A DNA stretch of 64,000 nucleotides from Paragordius varius (taxonomy: Eukaryota > Animalia > Nematomorpha): positions 1,240,001 through 1,304,000 of the forward strand of contig OZ176059.1 of assembly GCA_964247055.1 (NCBI GenBank), read 5' to 3'. This document shows, piece by piece, positions 13,119 through 33,248 of this stretch. The position numbers and the translations under genes are program-made. The notes beneath the pieces are model-generated. The model ran no database searches. It saw nothing but the letters and a program-made list of their open reading frames with translations, and was not told the origin of the DNA. Position 1 is the first letter of the stretch; each line of letters begins with the position of its first letter.

Positions 13119-14237
13119 TACAATCGGGAGTTATGAAAAATTATCTTGATGAAATAAATATTGGATAGAAAAATGTATCGATTATCATGGTGGATTTGTA
13201 TTTTGGCCCTTACGAGTGTATAATAAAGTCATTTACACTTTTGTGGTAAGTGGTCCATATCGGAAAATGGCAAAATTTGACCACTTTTTTGTTATATTTT
13301 GAATAAATGCTTTATTCCATAAAATATCACAAAAATATATTATAAACCATTTATAAAAAGCAAAACAATATTTTAATATTTTATTATTTAATTGTGAGTT
13401 TCGAAGGTCCCTTTTTTGTTTTTCTAAAACATGCTATTCCTTTGGAAATAAACGCAAAAATTTAAAATGCATACATTTAAAAAAAAGCAAAATTTTGATG
13501 AAGCACACTTACTTCTATTTTTAAGCATGATGGAAACGGTATTAAAACGCATTTAGATATTATAACACCTACATTTTCTATATAATTTAATGATGCCGAA
13601 AATTTCTACCAGAATTTTGATTAAAATATTCGTTTTCTTCAAATTTATGACAAATATAAATTGTGTTTGTATATAGAAATTTAACAAAATTTGAAGTAAA
13701 CTAACCTTAAAAATTCTGAAGCGATAAAAATGTTTAGCATCAAATTCATAGAAAAAATATTTACAACATATAAAGTTGTATACCGTTTCTATTATGCCTT
13801 AAAAGAGCAGGAAGTATGCCTTAATAAAATTTAGCTAAAAATTGATTTTTTTAAAAGTATGTCAAAATTTAGCATATATTTAAAATTTTATTGCGAAATT
13901 TCGGCTATTTTACGTTTAGATGTAGCCAGTTTTAGAAGAGGAAAATAATTTGGAACATTTGGAGCCGTAAAAACTAATTTATTAAAAGATTGTTGTACTT
14001 TAAAAATTAGTTTATGATATATTTTGATATTTTTCGGAATGAGCATTTAACTTTTATGAAAAAAAATTATTGCAAAGAATATGCTAAAATTTCGCCATTT
14101 TTTGTATGGAGCACTTCTCACAAGAGTGTAAATAATTTTCATATATCACTCGTAAGCCCCAAAGTCAATGCAACATGATAAATATACTTTTTTATCAGAA
14201 TATCTTTATTACATTATGATATTTTTTGTGTACACTG
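13114..14237. mobile_element. Family C long foldback element (~1.1 kb, mostly imperfect palindrome), flanked by (TA)n
   Basis: Arm 13186-13277 is the reverse complement of 14087-14178, and 13521-13560 pairs with ~13780-13800. Termini are AGTGTACA/TGTACACTG. Confidence 0.7.
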
Positions 14238-14598
14238 TATGTATATATATATATATTCATTATATTATTTTTATGATTACTGTCTAGCATAACAAAAATT
14301 AAAAGGAACTTCATATGGTAATGGTAAAATTTTGTATAGCAATGAAAATATTTACATATAATATTCCTACCCACTTCAATGCAGCTAATGTCCCCCAATT
14401 TAACTTACTAATTCGTATTCCATAAATATTATCTAAAGCACTATATGCCTTTATTTTAATGCAGATATTAAATTGGTAAAGTTTTTATTTTAATTATCAA
14501 TAGCCAATCTATTTAAAAAATTTATTATTCTAAATTTAATTTTATTACACATGATGTTTTATCAAAGTTAGTCCATTGCTTTACACATTTTTTGCCCG

Positions 14599-21907
<7,309 letters not shown>

Positions 21908-22385
21908 AAAACGTATGTTTCGATTATAGCTTACATCATTTATACATTACGTAATATATTATACTTTCTTAAATAACATATTTATTTCACATGTTACCCA
22001 AATAAATTGTAAACTTTGTTAATTTCATTTTTAACCATAATAGTAGGTAAATTGATTATCCATCTATATCTAGATCGAATATACAGTCCAATTTCCTGTT
22101 ATTTTGATGAGTTAAGTCATTTCCCTCCTAAGTTGAATATTTTGATCTTATTTTCTGAAAAAAAAAACGCATGATATTTTTGACAATTTTGATTCATTGG
22201 TTTTCTTTTCTTATTGGTTGTCTAATCGTCTGCTAATAATATATATGGATTCAAATTTTTTAAAAATTTTATGGTCCCATATTGTTTTTAACAAAAAGAG
22301 GTTTAACTGTAATTCTAGGCCATATATAAAACATTTATGGTTAAATGTGATTTTTATTGATTTATAATTATATTTTTTAATTTAG

Positions 22386-22459
22386 AGTCAACAACTCCAA
22401 CAAATGCCTCTGAAAATAACACAACCAAACAAAGCACATACAATGCCCGGAAAAAATGA
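22386..22459 (+). CDS. DNAJA3: Candidate alternative terminal coding exon of DNAJA3 (KSTTPTNASENNTTKQSTYNARKK*)
   Basis: T-rich acceptor ...tttttaatttag at 22384-22385. Phase 1 matches the exon-10 donor, and the frame is open for 24 codons to TGA in a C-richer island. Confidence 0.45.
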
Positions 22460-25400
22460 TATATAAGTTTAGCGTAAAACCATACCCTAAATTTTAGGGT
22501 ATTTAGCGCAAAAAATTATCAATTACATTAATATTTTATTGTTATATATAATATGGCAATTTTTTCATATTACAAATTACTCTTAAACTTTTATTGTTAG
22601 CATATCTGTGGTCTTTACTTGTTATATACATATATATAATTATGATTCAATACATTTTTTACAGCTTCATGTATAAAATAATTGTTAAAATTAATTTTTA
22701 TTCTAATTTTTTATGAATCCAATAAATATAGCACTGATGATTCAACTTTTATATTTTGCGCACATAATACAGTGGTCAAGACTGTGTTGTTTTTTATGTG
22801 ATACCTAAATACATTACATTACACTAGACAACAAATTTTAACTTTTTTTAACTGCCATTCTTGTAAATTTAAAATTTATTTCATTAAAGTACATAGTTAG
22901 TATATCTGAAAAGAAAATTGGTCTAGCATGGAAGAATTTATTTTTTTATATTAGAGTTTATCGATAATTTTTGGCCCCGATTTAGCATTAAACTCGAAAT
23001 TTCGAAAATTAAAAGTTTTAGATATGAAGCCAAGTATTTTATATCATTCGAAAGAGCGCAAAAAACTGCATCTTTTAAATGGTAGTAAGTCATTTAAATC
23101 AATCGGATGTAAAAGTTATTTGGATTTAAATGGTCGAAATTTTCAATCCTTAAATAAGTCAAGAATTTTCACAGACAAACTAATTTGAAAATCATATAAA
23201 TTATTTTAATATAATTATTAGGGTTATATTAGTATTTAATTTAAAAAATTGTTGAAAAAGCTTTTGGCTTGCTTTTTTAATAAAAATTATTATTATCATA
23301 AATATTTTACCTAGTGGATACTAAAATGCATAGTTATAACTTTAAATTTATTTCATAATGGCTATAAAAGATCAAAAATACCTTAAACTTTGTTTTTATC
23401 TTTAAAATTTCGAAATTATCAGCATTATAAAGAAAATAAATTAATATTGATGAGATGGTAGTTTTTAAAAAAGAAAAAACAAAACGCTGTTTTGAGTGAC
23501 ATAAAAGCAATAAAAAAATGTTTTAATCAAAAAAACTTTCTTGTGTTATCTTTTTTGGACATTCATCACCAACAAAGTTTGAGCTATTTTCATCCATTAG
23601 TTTTAAAAATATAATAACTATAAAAAATGCTCTCGCTTCGCGTGTTTGTCGCTCTTTGTGTCCAATATTAACTGTCGATGTAATACATATTAGTATGCAT
23701 TTTATAGAGTTTTTATTACTCTTTCGAATGATATATTACAAATGGGCATTACTTGTATATTTTGAAAGAAAAATATTTTTTAGTAAAATTTTGATAAAGA
23801 GGGCGCATAATCAAAAAAATCAAATTATACAAAATTCTTCCAACGAGTTATAATTTTTATTTCAGATTTTCTGTTAAAATGATACTAAATATCAGAAAAT
23901 TCAAAAAACTCGAATGGCAGAAAAATTTGTTGTCCATTGTTATTCTATATCCAAACATATTTTAATAGTTTGTATTGTGTGGGTAATGACGAAGGGTTGT
24001 TATATAAGATTCGTATAAACTTCATGAATAGTAGAAAATAATAATAAATTCATTAAAAACTCAAATTTTCGCCCAATAGCATCATCAGGAGTGATTGATT
24101 AATAAAATTTAAATAAAGTAAAATAAATATTAAGTAGTATCAACAATATGTTTTATTAATAAAAAGTAATAAATAAACTGTAATGTTTTCATTATTAATG
24201 TTATTTAAAAAATTTATTTTGCATATAATTATTAATTTTTATACCTTCCCCATAACGGCTGTTTTAGAATATGCTTAATACTGTACGGACCATATTATAA
24301 AATCTTTTTTATATTTTAAATATTTTCTAATGCCGTCCTCAATCGGTTAAAGTGATTTTTAATAAAAACAAACGTTTATAAAATAAGCCTCATTGCCATA
24401 AAATACTTATCTGCAAAATACCAAATTATAATCAAATTACAATTTTTATACAAATATTAATATATTTTAACCAACACGTGCGAATATTTAATTATTATAT
24501 ATGTTTTATATCCACAGTTCACACAAAAACATCTGAAAAAATATGTATTTTCTAAATGAAAGATGCATCTGAATTCTCACGGTGCCTTTAGTTTGGAGAC
24601 TTACGAGTCATTTAAGATAAATATTTACACTTTTATGGTATTTGCTCGATATCGTAAGCGAAATTCGCTTACATTCTGCATCAAAAATCAGGGTGTAAAA
24701 CTATGATAAAACATATATATTCTTATAAAAAATGTATCTGGATTCTTATAGGGCTTTCGGATAAGAAGGTCATTTTCTTTTTTGTAGAAATAACTCGATA
24801 TATCGTAAGCGCACCTTATGTTTGATAAAAAAATTTTGGTAAAACCTAAATGGTGTATTTTAGAAAATATTAAAATAGTAATGATAAATCTCTATTTAAA
24901 AAAATATATATTTATTAGGGTGCGAAACTTCTAGATTTTTCGCATTAAAATGGGCTAGTCTTAAAATGAACGTAAAAATGCCAAGATTTTGCCCTAAAAT
25001 TATTTTATATATGCTAGATTATGGCATCATAAAACATATTGTTATAAAAATGCATACTTTGCTCCAAACTATTTGTAATAAAATTTTGTTGAAGCCTACT
25101 TCATACTATTTTGTGGCATAATGGAAACGGTATAAAAACGCTTTTTGTTATATATCACTTTTTGTATCTGGTGATACCAGTGTGATATTCTGTTTTATTA
25201 ACTTTCAAAGGTTAAAGCCCTTAATACATAGAGATTGCACAAAATATTAAATTAATAATGTATTGATGGAAAACCGGCCGGAGTTGGCTAGAACACATGG
25301 AAAATTCATTTTTCTATATTACAATGCTCCGTCTTAAACGGCAAAATCAGCGAAAGACACATTAAATAGCTTCTATGGATATTTCTTTTCCATCTGCTAA

Positions 25401-26012
25401 ACTCTCCACCTGGTGCCATTTAACTAATATCATATCAATGGGCACACTTTCAGAGAGCACATCACTCTATTAGTTTCGATGAAGTTGATATCTGGCTTAA
25501 CCAATGGTTTGCCGCAAAATGTAATACAAAATTCATATATTACCTAAGAGATGGGCTTAAGTGATTAGAAGCCGATATACAATATTCTGAATAAAATAAA
25601 AATTTCATAAGTTAAATTACATGAAATTTACTAAAAAAATCCTCATGATTTACCTGGTATCTTATTCCACTGAGCTTACTGGAGTTACGGTTCGATTTTA
25701 ATAACAATGACATGCTGTTATTGCAATCAGACCGACAGTTTTAAAAAACTCCGCTCAATTTTATAATTAATGTTTTAATATATATGTAAACTGTTAAATA
25801 AAAAAACAATTTATTAGTGATATGTATAAAATTATTATCAGTATAATTAATTAACATTTATTGTTAACAAAATGTGATCAAATATTTGGGCAAATATTCA
25901 ATACAATAAAAATTTTAAAAAATAAAAATATACAGTTAAATTAAATTAAAAATTTGTCAAAATATATATTTTTGGGGCATTTCACAGGTATTCCAAATTT
26001 TTCCTTTTCGTT

Positions 26013-26239
26013 TTATAAGCAATCACAAACAGAACATCCTCTGTAATCGCGTTTATATCCTCGCCAGCAATTTAAACTACAAGGTATACTGGGACAATCT
26101 TAAAATACAGAAAGCTAATAAATCAATGATATAATAAAGCAATTAATTTTATTTTAAAATGATATCTGCTATTTATGAGGAATTGCAACAAGAATTTGGT
26201 TAAAAGGGTTTTCATTCGATTTTTTATTTCCCACTTTTA

Positions 26240-26278
<39 letters not shown>

Positions 26279-26582
26279 TAAAAAGAGTTTCGGGTAAAAT
26301 TTCTTATTTTAAAGATAGGGCAAAAAAATTTGCTTCAGATCCGGTTTTCATCCTTATTGGTATTATAGGTTTTTTGGTTTCAATTTTTTAAAAAGGATTT
26401 TATGTTATTTATCAAAAGTAAAAAACATAAATGTTAGAAATATAAATATTTTATGACTTACTGACTGGGATGATGTTAGCTGCCTCCATTGGTTTTTCCG
26501 CTGGGTTACCCTGTACCCCATAAAATGCAATATTAGCTGAAATTCCCAAGAAAATTAAACAGAAAAATGTAAAAACATTCAT
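26013..26582 (-). CDS. Small secreted antistasin-type cysteine-rich peptide (putative serine-protease inhibitor), 68 aa; exons 26582-26462 and 26098-26013
   Basis: Exon 1 MNVFTFFCLIFLGISANIAFYGVQGNPAEKPMEAANIIPV is signal-peptide-like and ends at a GTAAGT donor (phase 1). Exon 2 gives NCPSIPCSLNCWRGYKRDYRGCSVCDCL*, matching C-x4-C-x3-C-x2-G-Y-x2-D-x2-G-C-x2-C-x-C. Confidence 0.82.
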
Positions 26583-28663
26583 TGTGGTCAAAGGCAGAGA
26601 AATGGATATAATTAAAAACAAAGTTTAAAAACTATAATGTTGGTTTTTGAATTAAAAAGTATGCTCTTTTATACTATTTTGGTGTACATGTCAAACAAAA
26701 GCAAACGGATTTAAAAAATTGTTTCCAACTTATATTATGTCATATGAATAGGAAATTGTTTTTTTCAAGCATATACCATAAAATACCACATAATTGGCAA
26801 TTAGTTAACAAAAAAACTGGAAAATTCAATGCGCAACGCGGTTATATTTTTATCAAGTCATATTTGTTCGCAGAATTATTATATATGAGAAAATTAAAGT
26901 TGAATTTAATGTACATTATGTTTAAAACATAAGTGAATTAAATTGTCAAAATTAATTACAAATTTTCTTTTCAGGAACATAAATCATTTATTGAAATCTT
27001 GAAGGAATAAATTATGGTATGGTTAAGTATAACCAGTTTTTTGTGAATAAGATATAACGATTCCTACATAAAATTGTATTATTTTTGTATTATTAACTAT
27101 TTAAGTTTACAAATAAAATTATAATTGCATGAATGCGGACTAAAAATTTGGAAATCAAACCACAGAAATAGGAACCGTATTTGCAAAAATAATACATGCT
27201 TTAAATCATCCTTTTTTGAAATTAATTTGAATTTTAGTTCTTTTATTAAAACCGGTTGTGAAATCTTTGTAAAAACAAGCGAGAAAAAGCTTATCCGCTA
27301 TTAAAATACCATGGATTCTTAAGTATACAGTAAACCTGCAAGTTAAAAATTTTTTCGGCGCATAACAAAAATATTAATATAATTTATTAATATATATTTA
27401 CGATTCAATGTCACCCTTAAACAATTCGATACCCTTGAACAATTCAAATTCACCCTAAAATAAAATAAGTTTTGAAGATTAAAAATTACTTATAGTTTTT
27501 AAAATTTTAAGGAAACGAAATTATGTTTAAAATTAAAATAATATTGAATAGTAAATTATGCCATAGTCCCGATTTGCGACTAAATAAGTCACAAAATAAT
27601 ATAGATTTTTTTGCTAATCCTTGTGAAAGATAATTAAATTTTAACTGACTTTTACAAAAATTGAACTCTGGAATATAAAACTACCCCAAAAGGTAAAATA
27701 GGAAAAAATGAATGAAGTGAAAAATGATATGAGACCACGAATTTTGCGGATGTGGTTTCTAATAATAATAAAAAAGGAACCCAGATTGATAGGCTTTTAA
27801 CATTTGTTATCCATACCACGGTGGTTTTCGTAAAAGTGGAATCTAAACCACCATTTTTTTAAAAAATTCGGTTATGAACTATGATTAAGGATTCATTGAT
27901 AGTTTATCATTAATTATTATTATTGTCACATAGAATAGAACAAATGGCAACATTATTGACTAAAGTCTTATTTGGTATCAGCCAGCAATAATATGGCGCT
28001 TTGCTGTATATGTTATATGGCTGTAATATTGGGAAAAAATAGATATGCATACTTACTTTTTACCGACATGGTTGTTTTATCCCTAAAAACAAAATAACAC
28101 TTTACACCGCTATTCATCACAAGAATATTAAAAGGTAGTAAAAAATATTTATCTTTTCTCAATTATACCGATAAAATTTCATAGCTGTTTGACATATTTG
28201 CAGATATTAAACTCAAAAAAATACCTCATTTTTATATAAATATTCAGGGCCATCCACTGCTTTAATATATAAAATGCGTTAAATAATAATTTTATGTTAA
28301 TTTATTTTATTCATACATAATTTCTATAAAATAACCTATTACTGATAATGAAAATCGTGTATCAACAGCGCTTCAAAACTAACTAATTATCCTGATGTGC
28401 ATAATTGACGGGAGTTTAAAGGTCGAACCCTAACAAATTAATGTTAAATTATTTTTTTATATAAAAATATATATTTTTAAACAAAGGTTTTTTTGCAGAA
28501 CTATCGGATAATGACTTAAAATCATTATTTAAGTTGACAAGAGAGAATTTGCAAAAAACCTATATGTTTGATAATAAATTCTCAAAAAAGAAATTTCGAT
28601 TTTCGTCGGTTTCTTTTTCGATATTTCAACAATGATTTTGATTTTTTGGCATAGTTCAAAGCC

Positions 28664-28700
<37 letters not shown>

Positions 28701-28982
28701 ACCCACCGTGTAAAATATATTTTAAGTTTCATATACCAATCACAGTTTAAACTTTAAAACCATAATAATATAATAATCAATTTTTACAAAACCGACAGTC
28801 AAGTTTTCAATCTATTTATTACATAAAAAATTTAACAATATCATGCGTGCATGGAGTGTGTATACAAAAAAATTATATATATAAATTTGGATCAATGATT
28901 TTTTTAACACATTTAACATAATAAAATAATATTTGATGTATACAAAAAATTAACAAATACCAATAAAGAAAGAGTATATATG

Positions 28983-29240
28983 CAGTAAAAATCGAAATTA
29001 TACGGACAAAACGTAAATATTTTTATCTAAAAGAACCACCTTCTATGTAAGCTATTTAGTTATAAATGTAAAATATAGAATTGATTGTGATAGTAATTTA
29101 AACTTTATTTCACACTTTGCCATTTAAAACAATGAGTTATATTGAAATAAATCAAGACTCAAAAAGTATATGGTTGTATTTAAAAAAAATATTTGTCTTT
29201 AAATTTTTACGTTTTGTCCGTATAATTCCTGTTTTTACTG
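28983..29240. mobile_element. MITE family B (TIR CAGTAAAAA.TGAAATTATACGGACAAAACGT), Tc1/mariner-pogo-like
   Basis: Long inverted termini beginning CAGT, with TA on the right flank. Confidence 0.75.
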
Positions 29241-29748
29241 TATAATATATATAACATGGTATAGAGAAATATTGTAATATTTTGACATAATAAAAAAATG
29301 TTAAAATGCGGGGCAATAATTTTGATATAAACTATTTAAAGACAATATTTTTTGTAAATCCAACAAAACTTGTGATGGAATTATATTGAAATAAGATCAC
29401 ATTTTTTGCTTCATAATGATTCCTTTTCTTAAGGATCATAGTTTATGATTAAAAGTCAATTCAATAGGGTAAAGACTAGGTATAATACGTGGGCAAAACG
29501 TAATCAATCAATAAAAAAACATAAAAACTGCCAATATATGTATGTTTTAGCAGTACAATATTTTGGTTTTTTTATGTGAACGAAGAAAGACTTATATACC
29601 AAGGGTAACAATATAAGAGTTAAAGAGAATCGAATCTTAAAATTTTGTAAAATTACATTATTATTATGAATGAATGTGACTTTGCACAAAAATAAGGATT
29701 TTGCTATTTTTTGTTAAATCATAGTTTTGTATTGAGGAATTGTATATC

Positions 29749-32700
29749 CTATGACCATTCAATTTTTCGTTGATGTTGTTTCAATGTACTGTGTAAACGT
29801 TCATCTATCATAGATTCTGTCAATGTGCCATCCAGAGAAGCAAACAAACTTGCCTATATTAAAGAAAAAAAAATAAAAAAAATTTTTAATCAAAAATTTC
29901 TTATTTGAATGGTTACAATATATATATATATCTATATATATATATATTTATATTAATATTCCATTTAGCATATAAATTATTACAAAAAAATAAGATATTG
30001 CGTATAAAAAAAGATAAAAACGTATAAGCTAAATTTTTATAATTTTAAAAAGGCATATATTTGAATATAATGTAAAGAGTGTGATATACATAAAAATTAC
30101 CCAATTTACTATAAAAAAATACATAAATTATAATTAATATTAAAATTTGAAAAATAAAAAAAAAATAATTGGATTCGGTTTTGGCTTCACAAAACGGTTT
30201 TTAACACCAGTCCTTTAAGAGTAGAAAGCTATGTTAAGAATAAAAACTTTTTATTAAGAACTATTTAATTTTATAGGTATCTATAATTGCAATGGAAGAT
30301 AATTAACTTTCCATTGCCTTGCCACCCCCCCCTCAAAAAAGCTTAATAGTTTACTATTTGGGCGATATAAAGAGATAAAGAGAGATATTTATTAGCAAAA
30401 TAATTTTCCAAGGTAATAAAAAATTAAAATATATACATTTTAAAATATTTGTTGTAACATCTGTCAGAAAAAATTATATACCTGTAAGGAAACAATAAAT
30501 TTTGATATTTCTCGTCCAGAAAATCCGTCCATTTTGTTTGCTATCTCTTCACACTTTTTAACGTAATCAAAGTCGGCTAATTTGAGTTTCCTTTAAAAAA
30601 TTAATCATTGCGACAAATGTTGTAAGCAATTGTTTTTTGAAATTAAAAAAGTATGATGGTAAAAAATTTAATCCTCAATTTCTCACAAAAATAAATATCT
30701 ATCACACATTTTTTAAAAATATTCTAACATCGCTACTCTTCATATAAAAAAAACCAAAAAATCAAATCAAATTACAGTTTATAAAGAAAAAAACTAGGTA
30801 AAAAATCATCATTTTTGCGCACACATTTCCTTTTCCTTTAAAACTAAATATCAACACTGTGTGATCATGTATATTATTAACTATTTTTTTCGTAAAAAAA
30901 GTAATTACCGTTTTTTGCTTGCTAAACAAGTCTGTATAATATATTTATCAAAGTAGAGTAAAATCATGCGTTTTCTTTCATCCGGTCCAGGCGTATCGAA
31001 TTCTAACAATTCATCTAACCTATCATTGATGGCCCAATCAAATTGTTCGGGCGTATTACTGGCCAGAACTAACATAAATCTATACATACAAAAAAAGAAA
31101 TTGAATATTTGAATATATAATTATAATAATTGATAAAAAAATTTTTTTTACTTGTTGTGTATTTAAGTTATAGAATTTTATCATATATCTTTAAAAAATT
31201 AATAGTTTAATGCGCATGTGGTATCGTTAAAATTTTTGTTTTTTCCATAAAATAGCTACTTTTTTCAATTATTATAATTTTTGGTGTTTAAGAAGCACCA
31301 TTTTTCTAAACTAAAAATTATTTTTGAACGTGGATTATATTATAAAAATATATTTTTTTGAATAACAAGTAAGTCTAAATTTTCAGTAGTTTTAATTAGT
31401 TTCCACCGAATAACTTTGAAAACCTGATCATATAATTAAGCCTATTTTTTAGTAAATTATTAATTATAAAAACTTTAAATACAAGATAGAACTTTTCTTT
31501 CAATTAAAATGGAATTTTTAAGCAGTTTTTACACAAAATATGTAAAAATTATTAAAAAATGTAATATAAAATATATTACTTTTGGGATTGTTCTCCTGTG
31601 CGATATAGGAATGCATTGAGAGAGCTTCGGAGATCTTCACTTATAACTTCCTAAAATATATAAAATTTTATTAAATAATAATGAATTATTACGCAAAAAA
31701 TGTATTAATTATCTAAATTCGAATATTGAATTTTTTTACCTATAAAAATGTTTAATATTATGTTATTAGGGGTATTAATATTCTAAAGATTGTTAACTAA
31801 AAAAAAATTACAAAGATAATGTTGTTAATTTAATAATATTAAGGGATTTTGTGTACGCTGTAAAATTCTTTTATAAATTATTTATATTAAGTAATTATGA
31901 TTTAATTTAAATGTTGATTTTTTTCGATTATTAGTCTTTGTCGAATGTTAAAATAAAACAAAAAACTTAAAGAAAATTGATGATATATATATATATATAA
32001 AGAATAGTTTTAATATTAATAAAGAAAAAAATAACAATTTAATTAGTATCACACTACTATTTTTGATAGCCTAAAAAAATGTTTTTTAAGTATATTTCCT
32101 AATTTGGTAAAACTTTTAATTATATTTTTGTTTTACTATTAGTAATCCAAAATATATTATATATATATATATATAAAATCAATCTTTTCCTAAATTTAAG
32201 TAATTTCAATTTTTTAAAGTATATTACAATTTACCCAAAAATTTATTTGTAAACTGATTGAAAAAATTATTACTTTTGAGCGTTTTTTGAGGAATGCATC
32301 CGCTTCGTCCACAAACAAAAGTAACCTAGAAAGGATTTTCACACATAAATATTATGTAATATTGTAAATTCTTTTCTTTAAATATGTCATCTGTATGTAT
32401 ATATTAATATACATATAATTGGTTCAATTCAAAACACCTTTTTTTTCAAACAAAAGACAAAAAATGATAATATTTATTTTTTTAAAAATTAGGTTAAAGT
32501 TATCAACATTTTTGCGATATTTGTTTCTTGTTTAATATAAATACCATATATAAAAAAGTTATAACCAAATAAAAAATACTGCTTTTGTTTAAAAAAACCA
32601 TTCTTGATTCAAATTTTAAATGTTAAAAAAAGTTTTATGCAATCAACGAAAAAAATTAACCAAAATATTTTTACCCTCTGCGACTGGTTAGTGCCCAATC

Positions 32701-32801
32701 AAATAATTTATGTATGGCTGACACGCCTTGGGGGCCCATGGGAGAAACGTCACCCCCTGTCATAATGGCATAATCCATACCGGAATGTAAGGCTAAACTC
32801 T

Positions 32802-32832
<31 letters not shown>

Positions 32833-33051
32833 CATGAATCCTTTATTTTATCAAAAATTTATTTTTTTTTATTAAATGGGTATAAATATTTGGTAAAGAA
32901 TGGAAAAAACAAGAGCTTTATGGTAATGCTTATAATTTTTTGATGAATATCATATTGTTAATACCGTAAAGCTCTTGTTTTTTTCCATTCTTTACCAAAT
33001 ATTTATACCCATTTAACCAAAGAAAATAAATTTTTGATAAATTGAATACAT

Positions 33052-33082
<31 letters not shown>

Positions 33083-33213
33083 GATAGTATGCATTTTAAT
33101 GGTTCCTTATTTCACACATAATATTTGGACAATTTGCAACACAGTGTATGAAAAAAACCACAAAGTGTTAAATAAACACTTTTGTGTGAAATAAGCAATT
33201 ATTAAAATGCATA

Positions 33214-33248
<35 letters not shown>

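Noticed and set aside
22730-22790. CTGATGA, a possible hammerhead core or snoRNA C box, 3' of DNAJA3
   Set aside because: No stem II-GAAA and no D box with a terminal stem.
25261-25570. GC-richer stretch resembling a decayed coding or LINE fragment
   Set aside because: Stops occur in all frames and I recognised no motif with confidence.
25670-25720. GGTTCGAT B-box-like word suggesting a tRNA or SINE
   Set aside because: No A box at a proper distance and no cloverleaf.
28057-28082. 26-nt minus-strand micro-exon (TTTTTAG|...ATGTCGGTAAAAA|GTAAGT) upstream of the antistasin-like gene
   Set aside because: Splicing to the next acceptors (26633-26632 or ~28005) gives out-of-frame stops. At most a 5' UTR exon with a uORF; unsupported without RNA data.
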